Shown here: in pieces, positions 28,671-46,200 of the stretch
How the letters are laid out: every line of letters starts with the position of its first letter
How positions within the stretch are numbered: position 1 is the stretch's first letter
Origin: the human T2T-CHM13v2.0 reference genome, Homo sapiens
NCBI RefSeq assembly: GCF_009914755.1
Contig: NC_060937.1
Reading direction: 5' to 3' (one strand)
Length of the DNA stretch: 64,000 nt
The notes under the pieces: generated by a model
What the model saw: the letters and a program-made list of their open reading frames with translations, nothing else
Databases searched by the model: none
What the model was told of the DNA's origin: nothing
Translations under genes and position numbers: made by a program

Positions 28671-29454
28671 TAAACCATATTTGTTTAGCTTGCGGGAGGG
28701 AGGCTGAATTTGGCCTGTGGCTGTAGTTTGTTGAACCTTGAACCTTGCAGTGGATGAGCACTGAGGAGTGAGACTGAGTTTTTGACTTGGTGCATCTGGC
28801 AGCACTGCATGGAGGAGGTGGCACTAGAACTGGTCCCTGATGGGTCGGGATGTAGTCGTAGTGGCAAACTTGTGTAATCTTCACTTTGTGCTTTTCATGT
28901 ACTGACTCACTGAATGCAATATCCCCAGACGCTAGGTAGTTTTATTACCCTAGTTCCATAGGTGAGGGAACAGAGGCACGAGGCTCACTAGCTCATCTGA
29001 CGTCCTGTGTGCATATGGGGACAGAATGGAAACCTGGCATTTAACCTCAGAGTCCACACTTGCAACCACGGCTCTTTGGTATGGGTGGGGGTGCAAGGAA
29101 GCAGCAAGGTTTCTGTAGATGATGAATTGCCGGTGGGATAGGTGGGTTGGGGCTGGGGTTGGGCAGGAGAGGGCAATGCCTCGATGCAGGCTTTATTTTA
29201 TGTTCACTCCAGGGAGGAGGTTTTTAGAGGATGTCACGACTAGGGTTGAGTGTCAGTTAATCTACCTGTCTCTGCTCTGAAGAGTGCTTTCTGTCATGGA
29301 TTGACATTATTTAATGGCCAGCATGGTAGACTTAGATGGTAGGGTTGTAATTTCTAACGTGAGCCCTGACACTAATTTAGTAGACGGTAGTCAAAAGGTG
29401 TGTTGGGATGTGTGTGTGTCCATGTGCACACACGTGTGTAATTGGAGTAATTGA

Positions 29455-29925
<471 letters not shown>

Positions 29926-30071
29926 TGGAGTAATTGAATTTTAAACTCTGGGCATATACTGAACCTGTGCACTACTTTGTTTCATTTGTGAGCTCAATTA
30001 TAGAAAAACCAAAGTTGTTCACAAGGGAATCTTTCACAAGCTATCTCTTTATTTGCTCTTTCTCTATTTAG

Positions 30072-30844
30072 GAGCAGATGGAAAAGTTGAAGCAAAAGGC
30101 ATCAAAGGTGATCAAGGCTCAAGAGGATCCCCAGGAAAACATGGCCCCAAGGGGCTTGCAGGGCCCATGGGAGAGAAAGGCCTCCGAGGAGAGACTGGGC
30201 CTCAGGGGCAGAAGGGGAATAAGGGTGACGTGGGTCCCACTGGTCCTGAGGGGCCAAGGGGCAACATTGGGCCTTTGGGCCCAACTGGTTTACCGGGCCC
30301 CATGGGCCCTATTGGAAAGCCTGGTCCCAAGGGAGAAGCTGGACCCACGGGGCCCCAGGGTGAGCCAGGAGTCCGGGGAATAAGAGGCTGGAAAGGAGAT
30401 CGAGGAGAGAAAGGGAAAATCGGTGAGACTCTAGTCTTGCCAAAAAGTGCTTTCACTGTGGGGCTCACGGTGCTGAGCAAGTTTCCTTCTTCAGATGTGC
30501 CCATTAAATTTGATAAGATCCTGTATAACGAATTCAACCATTATGATACAGCAGCGGGGAAATTCACGTGCCACATTGCTGGGGTCTATTACTTCACCTA
30601 CCACATCACTGTTTTCTCCAGGAATGTTCAGGTGTCTTTGGTCAAAAATGGAGTAAAAATACTGCACACCAAAGATGCTTACATGAGCTCTGAGGACCAG
30701 GCCTCTGGCGGCATTGTCCTGCAGCTGAAGCTCGGGGATGAGGTGTGGCTGCAGGTGACAGGAGGAGAGAGGTTCAATGGCTTGTTTGCTGATGAGGACG
30801 ATGACACAACTTTCACAGGGTTCCTTCTGTTCAGCAGCCCGTGA
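30072..30844 (+). CDS. C1QTNF9: C1QTNF9 last exon: collagen repeats and globular C1q domain. Full CDS join(25080..25245,27894..27956,30072..30844) = 333 aa
   Basis: tttag acceptor, Gly-X-Y run, and C1q motifs ([26 protein letters not shown]). The R60, HTKDAYM and C-terminal SSP residues match my recollection of CTRP9A rather than CTRP9B. Confidence 0.95.
30202..30606 (-). CDS. Antisense PCOTH-like ORF (C1QTNF9-AS1 region); predicted join of 30606..30602 and 30520..30202 = 107 aa [14 protein letters not shown]...PLFPFCP
   Basis: Open antisense frame. On the - strand, ATGTG|gtaggt donor and tacag|G acceptor bound an 81-nt intron. The translation matches my recollection of PCOTH from the paralogous C1QTNF9B locus. 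Confidence 0.5.
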
Positions 30845-31293
30845 CAGAGGAGAGTTTAAAAATCCGCCACACCATCCATCAGAATCAGCTTGGGATGAAC
30901 TTATTCAGATGGTTTTACTTTATTAATTCCTCCAATTATTACAATAATCATAAAAAGGTGAAAATGGAAAAGTTATTCCCAAAACTGATTCTGTGTAACT
31001 TACTATTTTTCCAGGAGTAAATATTTAAAATAGCTGCATGGTTTATTCTAATTTATTTCACATTTCTTATTCCTATTATCTGAAGAATCCCTCGTCTGTG
31101 CGTTTCTTGTGGGAAGAGTGTTTTAATATCATTTTAGTGCTCTGAGGAGTCATATGAAGATGTATCCCTCATCTGTGTTTCTGAGGACATTAAGGGGAAA
31201 TTAGAGGGAAATGTTTATTCAATTTAGTACTAGCAACAGCTTTAAGCTGGTGATGCTGTCATACTCCAGAAAGCTGTAGACACTGCTCATTTT

Positions 31294-31467
31294 GTCTTTT
31301 AAAAAAATTTTATTTTATTTTAAGTTCTGGGATACATATGCAAAACATGCATGTTTGTTACATAGGTAAACATGTGCTGTGGTGGTTTGCTGTATCTATC
31401 AACCCATCACCTAGGTATTAAGCCCTGCATGCATTAGCTATTTGTCCTGGTGCTCTCCCTCCCACTT
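31294..31467 (-). mobile_element. L1PA 3' fragment downstream of the C1QTNF9 stop (probable 3' UTR)
   Basis: Reverse L1 3' end. TSD tgctcatttt at 31284-31293 and 31468-31477. Confidence 0.85.
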
Positions 31468-31549
31468 TGCTCATTTTCTAACCTAGGTTTTAATCACCAT
31501 TTTACCCAACAAATCATTGTTCGATCATTATTTGCCAGACTTGAATCTC

Positions 31550-32030
31550 TATGTGTTTTCTAGGACTGCTCTAATAAAGTACACAAACTGGGAGTCTTTA
31601 AACAACAGAAATGGACTTTCTCACAGTTCTGTAGGCTGGAAGTTTGAGATCACCGTAGCAGCAGGGCCATTCTCCCTCCAAAGGGGATACAGGAGGATGC
31701 AGCCTTGCTGCTTCCAGCTTCTGGCAGCTGGTGGCAGCATCACTCCAGTCCCCGCCTCCATCTTCAGGTGGCTGTCCTCCTTCTGTATCAGCCAAATTTT
31801 CCTCTTCTTACAAGGACAGCTTCCCTAATCTACTATGACCCATCTTAATCATATCTGCAGCTCCTTATTTTCAAATAAGGTCACATGTACAGGTTAGGAC
31901 TTCAGCATCTCTTTTGGGAGACACAGTTCAACACAAAACAATCTGCCCTCTGATTCCCAAAGTTGATTTCCTTCACCTGTGCAAAATACATTTTCGCCCC
32001 ATCTCAACATTTCCAAAAGTCTTAACACTT
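31550..32030 (-). mobile_element. MLT1 (MaLR) LTR plus short internal fragment
   Basis: MLT1-like aaactggg...aaacaacagaaat...tcacagttctg...gggagacacagttcaac, followed by MaLR-int-like ccaaaagtcttaac. Confidence 0.75.
31573..31578 (+). terminator. Candidate C1QTNF9 poly(A) signal AATAAA
   Basis: The first canonical hexamer I found downstream of the C1QTNF9 stop. It lies in the MLT1 LTR. Confidence 0.5.
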
Positions 32031-32960
32031 TCCGCGTCGAGCTTTCCTGAGCCCCTCTGGTGCAGCCACCTGCCTGTCCCATACACCCCGCCCACCATGG
32101 AGTCCAGAGGGAAATGAGCCAGCAGCCCCAAACCAGACACCAAGGCGCCCAAAGCCACCACCAAGGCCAAGGTACTTCTGGCAGACGATGGGAAAGCCCG
32201 CTTGACCAAGCCCTCGAAGAAGGAGGCCCCGGCCGAGAAGCAGCAGCCACTGGCAGCCCCCACCACAGTGCCTGCCAAGAAGACCCCGCCCTTCTCAACA
32301 ACCACAGCCACCTGAAGCTGGTCCCCACGGGCTCCATGGTCCCCAGCAGTCCCGTTGCAACCCGGGAGCCCAAGGGTCCTGGGGACGGGGCGGCGGAGGA
32401 CGAGGCTGCCGGTAGGTGTCCTAGGGGCCGAGGTCCCTGGTCCTGCGAGAACTTGAGGCCCCTGCTGGGAGTGGCCTATGCCGTGGCAGCCATAGCCTTG
32501 ATCCTCGGTGTGGCCTTCCTGGCCTGGAAAAAATAATATCCGGGGCCAGGTGGTGGGCACGGAGCCACTTCCTGTAGAGACCTGAGGAAGCCAGTGCATG
32601 CAGAATTCACCCTTATCTATGTGTACACACGGACATTCATTACACGTCTATATATGCCCCCAACACATGCACACAGTGGCGAGGACACCAGGGCCCACCC
32701 CTGTTGATCCAGGACTTCCCCAGCCTCCAGGGCCGAGGGAGTCCATGCTCCAGGGTCCACAGTGCCGGATGCCGGGAGAGGGCACAGATGAGGAACTGCG
32801 AGAAAGGAATGGACCCTGTGTGGGATCTGGCGGTGGCTGGGTAATCCTGGGCCCCCAGGGCTGGTCTCTGAGTGCAGGTGGGGGTGCCGGGATGGGTTCT
32901 GCCTGGGCCCAACCCTCACGGGGACATCAAAGGGCATGGTTGTAAAAAGAAAAAAAAAAA
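32031..32960 (+). pseudogene. CEND1P2: CEND1 processed pseudogene
   Basis: ccaccATGG start gives [15 protein letters not shown]...[14 protein letters not shown], then a frameshift, then DPALLNNHS...GRGPWSCEN...[16 protein letters not shown]. This matches recalled CEND1. Intronless, with an A tail at 32944-32960. The symbol is from memory. Confidence 0.88.
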
Positions 32961-32965
32961 CCACA

Positions 32966-33128
32966 CCATCAGATTGCATGAGACTCACTCATCATCACAA
33001 GAACAACATGGGGGAACCACCCCCATAATTAAATTACCTCCACCCGGTCCCTGCCTTGACACCTGGAGATTATGGGGATTGCAATTCAAGGTGAGGTTTG
33101 GGTGGGGACACAGAGCCAAACCGTATTA
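32966..33128 (-). mobile_element. THE1/MST LTR fragment
   Basis: ccatcagat...gagactcactc...tttgggtggggacacagagccaaacc. Confidence 0.8.
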
Positions 33129-33129
33129 T

Positions 33130-36530
<3,401 letters not shown>

Positions 36531-36928
36531 AGAAATATTAAAATTAAATTGTAAATTATCAGAGTAAAAGATAAACACTAAAAGCACTTTAAAAAAGGCA
36601 TAACTGTAAAGGGACTCTGATTAGATTGACAGCAAACTTCACAACTGCAGCAATCACGACCACACACAGTGGAACAGTATATTCCAAGTGCTGATGAAAA
36701 TAATCATCAGTATGGAATCTACCCTGCTGAACAGTGTTCAAGAGATAGTATAAAATGAATGCTTTTTAAAATTATTTATTTTTAGGGCGGGGCTGCCAAG
36801 GGAGGAGGAAGATGGCTGCGGGGGCGAGGTGAGGTGTTGGCAGCGGGAAGGAGTTCGGGCTCAGGGGGCGGGGGGACACGGAGCGATGCCCGCGCAGGCC
36901 GTAGGGGCGGATAAAAAGCCGTAGCGCC

Positions 36929-37904
<976 letters not shown>

Positions 37905-38862
37905 TGAGTAGCCCAGAAGCAAAGGAGACCCAAAGATTTGGATGTAGATATGTTAGTTTACTCAGTTCAAATGGTTGTCCTGATCCTGATTTAGTACTGA
38001 AGTTCGGTCCTGTGGACAGCACACGAGGCTTTCTTACCTGGCACATCAGATTGACTGAGATTGTCTCTTTGCCTTCCCATCTAAACATCAGTTATGAGGA
38101 CTTTTTCTCTGCCCTTCGTCATTATGCAGCCTGTGAACAGCGTCTGGGAAAGTCGTGGTCATTGGTTGCATAATTCCATTTGAGGCTTATGGAGGAAAGG
38201 ACCCAAGTGACTCTGATGTTTAGAAAGCACCTATGAAACCCTGTACACACCTAGTTCATAATCTTCATAATTTATCAACAAACAAAAAAGTGTCTTACTT
38301 GAGAGTGAGTGTGTGCGTGTGTGCGTGCACACATGTGCACGTTTGTATGTGTGGAAATAAACATAAATGGGGACGTGTTGGAGAAGGAAATACATAGACC
38401 TACAACTTTGAGCATATAGCAGTGATGTTTTAGGAACTGAAATGTCACACTTAATAAAGTCTTCAGCCCAGCTACTTCCCTGTTTTCGTGGGGAGAAGAG
38501 GGCCTGATTAGAACTGTTCTGGTTGTGTTTGGCGGGAGGGGAATAAATTTTGTTCAGTCCTTCTTAGTGACCAAACTTTAATTTTTAAGAATAATATATT
38601 GACTTACTGAACTGAAGCATTCTGAGTTGAAAGGAGCTCCAGAGGAAAGGAGTTCTGTGTTGCTCACATGTTAAAAGCTTGCTCACCTTCAGAGCAGAGG
38701 GAATACCTATCTTCAGATATCCGCCCATTTTCATCTCTTCATTATAGTCAAACAGTGTGACTTGAGAGTGTTGCTCTGGTGTCTGTATTCTGGCTTATGA
38801 AGATTATTTGAAAAACAACTCTTACTACATTGAAATGCAGACTTTAAAAAATTTAAATATGC

Positions 38863-39244
<382 letters not shown>

Positions 39245-41206
39245 TCAAAAACTCATTATAAGTGGAAAAAAAGTTTTGATTTCCTTTTTTGTTTGATGGG
39301 CAGTATGCCATATTATACCCAAACTTGGTTTAAAAAATATTCCCATCAACTATTTTTATTTAAAATAAACATTTGAGGGAAGTTACCACGGCAACTTTTT
39401 TTCCTCAAAAGTAACCTGTTCCTCTTTGGAACTGCACATTTTAGGGGCATGGTTAATACCTGAGATTTTTACTCAGTAAACCTGATGGTTACCGTGTGTA
39501 AAATATCTTTAAGTAGGATTGAAGGCCTCTGTGGGGAATAAAATATTGCCAAAGCCTATAAAAATAAATTTTACATGTTCTCTTTTATGACAGAGAGCAG
39601 CACTGGTTCTGTTATTTTTAAAATGAATAATTGATTTCTTGACTGGTGTTTAATATTTCTTTCCTCACTGCTGATTCTTAGATAGAAACCATTATTTATA
39701 TTTGATAGACTGTTTTCAGAAAACTCTTATCAACAAGTGTACAATAGTTATCTAAAACTGTACATTTAGAATGGAGGAGTTTAATACTAGATCTCGGAAG
39801 TTTGAAAAATAGCAAAGAAGACTGGATTTGGAAAGCATGGTCTACAATTGCTTGTCAAATTCTGAAGCTATGAAGAATAAATGTTTCAACTTTAGATTAT
39901 GAAACCCCATTTATGATTTTTTAAATACACTTGAAATAAAAATGATTGAACTAAATTTTGGTCCAGTGACATTACTTTGCACTGCATAGCCTATTATACA
40001 TTGTAAGTCTTTTTGTTTTATTACTGAGATTTTTCTGTAAAGCTACAGCATATCTAATCAGAGAATTTCTGATTTGTTTCCTTATACTGTGATTATGTTA
40101 TATTGAGGCATTTGTAGTGCAGCTTAAGACTGAATTTATGCTTTTTGTAAACATGATCGGTGTAAATGTCTTATAAACATTCTGGAGTATGTATAGCTTT
40201 AATGAATGAAATTTAATGGACCTGATTAAAATGAAGGGATTTAATCTTTGTTAAAGTGAAGTTAGTGGAATAAATTACCTACTGGAATATAGTCCAAGCC
40301 ACTAAAGGTTTAATATTTGCATTTTTTTGCTTTTATTTTCTCCTTCCATTTATAAGTATATACTTGAAAGTACATCTGTAGCCTATGACTTGAGTCTCTT
40401 GAACTTCTAGGAAGAGGCAAACTACAAACTACCAGGATTCTGATTTCAGATATAGGCATTCCAGAATCTTCTCTTTATGAGTTCACCTGCTAGTACAATC
40501 TCCATAACTTGAATGGCATTGGTTGTTCTATAATTGCTGCCAAAATCATCACAAGCTGTACGTCATCAAGGCTCCCTTTGCACTCCCAAGAAGAACTGTT
40601 CATTTTAAACAAAAGTGTATGTCTTTATTTGTATTGGAAAATATTGTCTTTAAGTTGTTTCTTGTTGACACTCCCCTCAATGGAAAAGTTACCAAATTAA
40701 ACCTGTTTTATGGATGGCAGCTTGGAGCATAGCAAGAAGTTGGAGGATTTGAATTCCATTCCCAGTTCTCATTGTGTTTTGTTTCTTAAAACAATAATAA
40801 TTGATTACTGTTATAAAGTTTAAAAGGTGGTTTTAATGTGAATAGCAAATTCTGGTATATTGTGACTAACGCTTAAGAATGCCTGTCTTTGAGAGGAAGG
40901 TGTTATAATATTAATGAACAGTGCCAAATACACTGTGCATATCTACAATTTAATCTTTGAATGTATGTTACTGGATTAGCTCCCTCCTCCTTCTTTGTGA
41001 TGGTGCCATGCACAGAGTCAATCAAATCCTTGTGATGTTTTGTATGGACTTTAACAACATGTAAATAATGTGTAAAGCAAGTTTTTATGATTAAGGAATC
41101 AAATTTATTGAATTTTATTATTGAAAGTTGAAACTTAACATGTATGAACAAAAACCAATAAAAGAATATACTCTTTTCATTGACTATAAAAAATTATTTA
41201 TTTTTA

Positions 41207-41674
41207 AAAATTCCACATAATACCATACATATTTATGGGATACACAGTGATGTTCCTATACATACAATGTATAGTCATCAGATCAAGGATATTAGCATAT
41301 CTGTCATCTGAAATATTGATCATTTTTTGTGTTGGGAGAATTCAATATCCTCTTTTAGCTATTTGAAAATATACATGCTTGACTATAATCATCCTACAGT
41401 GCTATAAAACATTAGAACTTATTCCTCCTAACTGTAATGTTGTGTCCTTTAACAAATCTCTCCCTATATCCCCCTTCCCTTTCCACCCTCTAATAACCTG
41501 GGTTCTACTCTTTACTTCTGTGAGATCAACTATTTTAGCTTTTACATATGAGTGAGAACATGTTTAACTTCCTGTTCCTGGCTCATTTCACTTAACACCA
41601 TGTCCTCCAGACTCATCCATGTTTTCGTGGAGGACAAGACTTCATTCTTTTTTATTGCTGAATAATATTCCATA

Positions 41675-41719
<45 letters not shown>

Positions 41720-42183
41720 AAATCACGTTTTCTTTAGCCATTCATCTGTTGATGGACACTTGGGTTGACTCCATAGCTTGGCTATTGTGAATAGTGCTGC
41801 AATGGACAGGGAGTGTGCACAACTCTTGGATGTACTAATTTTCTTTCCTTTGGCTCTTTACCCAGTAGTGGGACTGCTAGATCATATGCTAGTTCCATTT
41901 TTGTTTTTTTGAGGAAACTCTATACTGTTTTCTATAGTGGCTGTACTAGTTTACATTCCCACCAATAGTGTGTAAGAATTCCCTTTTCTCCACCTTCTCA
42001 CCAGCATTTATTATTTTTTTGTATTTTTGACAATAGCCATTCTAACTGAAGTGAGATGATACCTCACTGTGGTTTTGATTTGCATTTATCTGATGATTAG
42101 TGATACTGAACTTTTTCCATATATTTGTTAGTCATTTGCATGTCCTTCTGAGAACTATCTGTTTGAATCATTTGCCCATTTTT

Positions 42184-42228
<45 letters not shown>

Positions 42229-42548
42229 AGATGTTTGAATTCCTTGTATATTCTAGATATGAATCCCTTGTTGGATGAATAGTTTGCAAGTATCTCTCAC
42301 CCTATGCGAAAGTTAACTCAAAATGGATCAAAGACTTAAATATAAAACCTGAAACTATAAGAACTACTAGAAGAAAACACAGAGAAAATGCTTTACGACA
42401 TTGGTCTTGGAAAAGATTTTATGAATAAGACCTTAAAGCACAGGCAATAAAAGCAAAAATAAACAAATGGGATTACATAAAAGTAAAACGCTTCAGCATA
42501 CCAAAGGAAACAATCAATATAGTGAAAAGAGAACTGACAGAATGGATG
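41207..42548 (-). mobile_element. L1MA-like element with 5' inversion (minus 41207-42292, plus 42293-42548)
   Basis: Reverse L1 3' end containing (TG)n, then an abrupt switch to the forward, adjacent upstream ORF2 segment. Confidence 0.75.
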
Positions 42549-44700
42549 AAATGAAGACTTTCAGAACCAAAGCATCCTGAGAGAGTGTCCCACTGAAGAC
42601 CTACACACAACAGCCCACTAAGAGGTACACTTTGACCAAAAGTAAATTGAACCTGGGAAGATGGAATAAGATACATGAAGCTCGGGTGAGCAAAGAAAAT
42701 GCAAGATAATACAGGTAAATCTGAAGGAGCACTGAGTGTGTAAAATAATAATAATAATAACTAATAATGCAGGTAAAAAAATACTACTGAACTAAAACCT
42801 TATAGAAGATAAACACTAACTTATGATTTAAGGAGAACAACAACCTCTTAACCTAAGAATACGAGAGAATTTCCTTATCCTGATAAAGAAGATTAAATCA
42901 TATAGAAAGTATTATCTTTCATTGTAAAATTCAGTGCTACTCTAAAATCAGCTCTATTTTTATGCCTCATTGTGCTAGAGACCCTAGGAGCACATTGTGG
43001 GAAGAAAAGAAATCTGTTATAGGGTCTAAGAAGTAAAAAAAACTAAGCTATTATTATGTGCAGAATATTTTTGAAGAGGAAATTCAAGATAATCTAGAGA
43101 CAGCTATTAGAATTAACTAGGGAGTTCAATGAATTGCAGGATATAAATTCAGCATAAAAATTACTAGCAAAAATTAGATAAGTATATAAGATTCCATTAA
43201 CAGTGAAAAATCCCACAAGGTTCCTAGAGATACATGTAATAATAATGTGCAAGATGTTTCTAATAGGAGGAAATGGGTAAACTTTCTTGGAAGGCATGAA
43301 AGAAGACCTAAGTGAATGGAGAAATATGCCATATTCATGAATGGAGAGACTCAATAATGATGAAAACTATCATTACATTGATCTAAAGATAAAATGTATT
43401 TCCAAAATCTTTTCCCAAAATGTGTTTTTCATGCTGATTTACAAAATTAACATACAAGAGCAATGAGCCAAAAATAGCCAAGACATACCTAAATATAAAG
43501 GCGAGAGAGATAACAGATATCACAACTTGTTTTATAGAGCTACAAGTCTTAAGAGAGTGTGATATGGTTCAGGGATGGGTAAATAAAACAATGAAACTGA
43601 GGCTACAGCTAGAAAAAGAACCATGAATACATGTGAACTTGGTATATGATGGGGGCATTACCCCTCAATGGGGAAGGGGTGCACTACTTGGCACGTGGTG
43701 CTGGAGCAACAGAAAACAAATTCATCAAGAAAAAATAAGTCACAGGTAGGTCAACACCTACATGTGAGAATGCAAAGCTGTAAAAGATAACATGAGTTTA
43801 TACTAATATCAAAACAGGAGGAACAGTCTGAGGTATCAGACACATTAAAATTTAAAATTCTGTTCAGAACAAGGCACCATCAATAAAGCAAAAAAATGTA
43901 CATGCCTCAGTCTGAGAGGATATATTTGCAATCCACATAACCAATAAAGTATCACTATCCAGATACATAAATAGTTCTGAAAATCAGTAAGAAAAAGGCA
44001 AGCGACCCCATGGAAAAATGAGCAAATGATAAGAAACAATAAATATCAGGAGAAAACAATGGGCAATAAATACGTGAAAAGTGGCTGAACTTCACTGCTA
44101 ACACTGAGAAACACAAATTAAAACAACTAGATGCCATTTTTCACCCATTAGAGTGTAAAAAATTAAGAAGTTTGATACTAATGAGTGTTGCCATGAATCT
44201 GTGGAAATGGAAACTCTGCTGCTGGAAGGCGTATAAATTGGTATAACCACTTTGGACAGCAAAGCAGCAATACTTAATAATAATGGCAATGATAGCACTA
44301 ATGTTTAATACTTATTGAACATTTATAAAGTGCCAGGCATTGTTAAAAGCTGGTGTGGAAAGCTGACAACACACATTCCCAGAAGCCAGGGTTCTTTCTG
44401 CAGTGGCCTGGCCCAAGATCCCCTGCACACGGCACCAGCAGACACAAGCAAGGCTGCTCGTGGTATGGTGGGAAAGCAGAACTCATTTGCAAGTTCCTGA
44501 GTGGGGAAGGATCACTAATCTGTGCCTCATTGGCATGACAGAATATTCTACTCTACTTAACAGAAACACACTGAATTGATATCCATCAATATGGATAAAT
44601 TTCAAAAACTTGATGTTGAGTGAAAAAAAGCAAGTTGCAAGAATCTTTACACCATTTTGCCATTTATGTCATCTTTAAGGCACAAAAAATATGGATGCAA
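42549..44700 (+). mobile_element. Ancient L1M remnant
   Basis: Degenerate ORF1/ORF2/3' sequence (aagaagacctaagtgaatggagaaatatgccatattcatg). Boundaries are approximate. Confidence 0.6.
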
Positions 44701-44979
44701 GCATGTGATAGAAAAGTACAAACTTGTAGGTGGGAAATACAGACACCAGCCCTCCTCCATAGCGAGCTGACAGCCGGCTGGGGAGCTGCTGGGGTCCTCC
44801 ATCCATCCATCTGTCCATGCATCCACAGGAGCCAGGCCATCTCCAAGGAGGGAACACCGGCTAAGGGAAGCAAGAGCCAGCCTTGAGGAGCTGGAAACTG
44901 GAGGAAGATTATTCTAGGAATTCAAGGACTTATGACATTTGAAATCTATTAATGTCATTTGTTATGATTCATTATACAT

Positions 44980-45642
44980 TAAAAAGTCAGGAAACAGCAG
45001 ATGATGGAGAAGATGTGGAGAAATAGGAATGCTTTTATATTGTTGGTGGGAGTCTAAACTAGTTCAACCATTATGGAAGATAGTGTGGCGATTCCCCAAG
45101 GATCTAGAACCAGAAATACCATTTGACCCAGCACTCCCATTACTGGATATCCCAAGGACCCTAAATCATTCTACTATAAAGACACATGCACACGTATGTT
45201 TATTGCGGCACTGTTCACAATAGCAAAGCCTTGGAACCAACCCAAATGCCCATTAATGATAGACTGGATAAAGAAAATGTGGCACATACACACCAAGGAA
45301 TACTATGCAGCCATAAAAAAGGATGAGTTCATGTCCTTTGCAGGGACATGGATGAAGCTGGAAACCATCATTCTGAGCAAACTAACACAAGAAAAGAAAA
45401 CCAAACACCACATGTTCTCTCCCATAAGTGGGAGTTGAACAACGAGAACACATGGACACTGGGAGGGGAACATTACATACCGGGGCCTGTTGGTGGGTGG
45501 GGGGGCTAGGGGAGGGATAGCATTAGGAGAAATACGTAATGTAGATGACGGGTTGATGGGTGCAGCAAACCACCATGGCACGTGTATACCCATGTAACAA
45601 ACCTGTATATTTTGCACATGTATCCCAGAACTTAAAGTGTAT
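44980..45642 (+). mobile_element. 5'-truncated L1PA
   Basis: ORF2 C-terminus (MFIAALFTIAKPWNQPKCP...) and 3' UTR ending cttaaagt. Confidence 0.9.
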
Positions 45643-45896
45643 TCCAGACAGTCTTTTTTTTTATTAAAAAGAAACCACAGGCTCAACTTAACATGCATCC
45701 AAGATAACACTTGTTAAAATCCTACCTCCATGCAGGATGAGAATTCCTCCAGAGGTGGGAACAGAGAAAACTTCATGCTTGGTAAAGCACCTGAGGCACC
45801 CATTACAATCTGGGACAAGATGAGGACATCAACACTCATGCTGTATTCCACATGGGAGGCCAAGTCAACGCAAGATGATTTTTAAGAGATATAAGA

Positions 45897-46200
45897 GCCA
45901 GGCGCGGTAGCTGACACCTGTAATCCCAGCACTTTGGGAAGCTGAGGTGGGAGGCTCACTTGAGGCCAGGAGATCAAGACCAGCCTAACCAACAAAGCAA
46001 GACCAAGACCCCTTCTCTACAAAAAAATAAGAAAATTAGCCTGGCGTGGCGGTGCACACCTGTGGTTCCAGCTACACTAGAAGCTGAAGGGGGAGGTTCA
46101 CTTGAGCCCCGAGTTTGAGGCTGCAGTGAGCCACATTAGCGCCACCGCACTACAGCCTGGGTGACAGAGCAAGAGCCTGTCTCCAAAAAAATAAAATAAA
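45897..46200 (+). mobile_element. AluJ element
   Basis: Diverged dimeric Alu. Confidence 0.85.

Noticed and set aside
31894-32599. Antisense ORFs of 159 and 208 aa over the CEND1 retrocopy
   Set aside because: They are shadows of GC-rich coding-derived sequence with no independent support.
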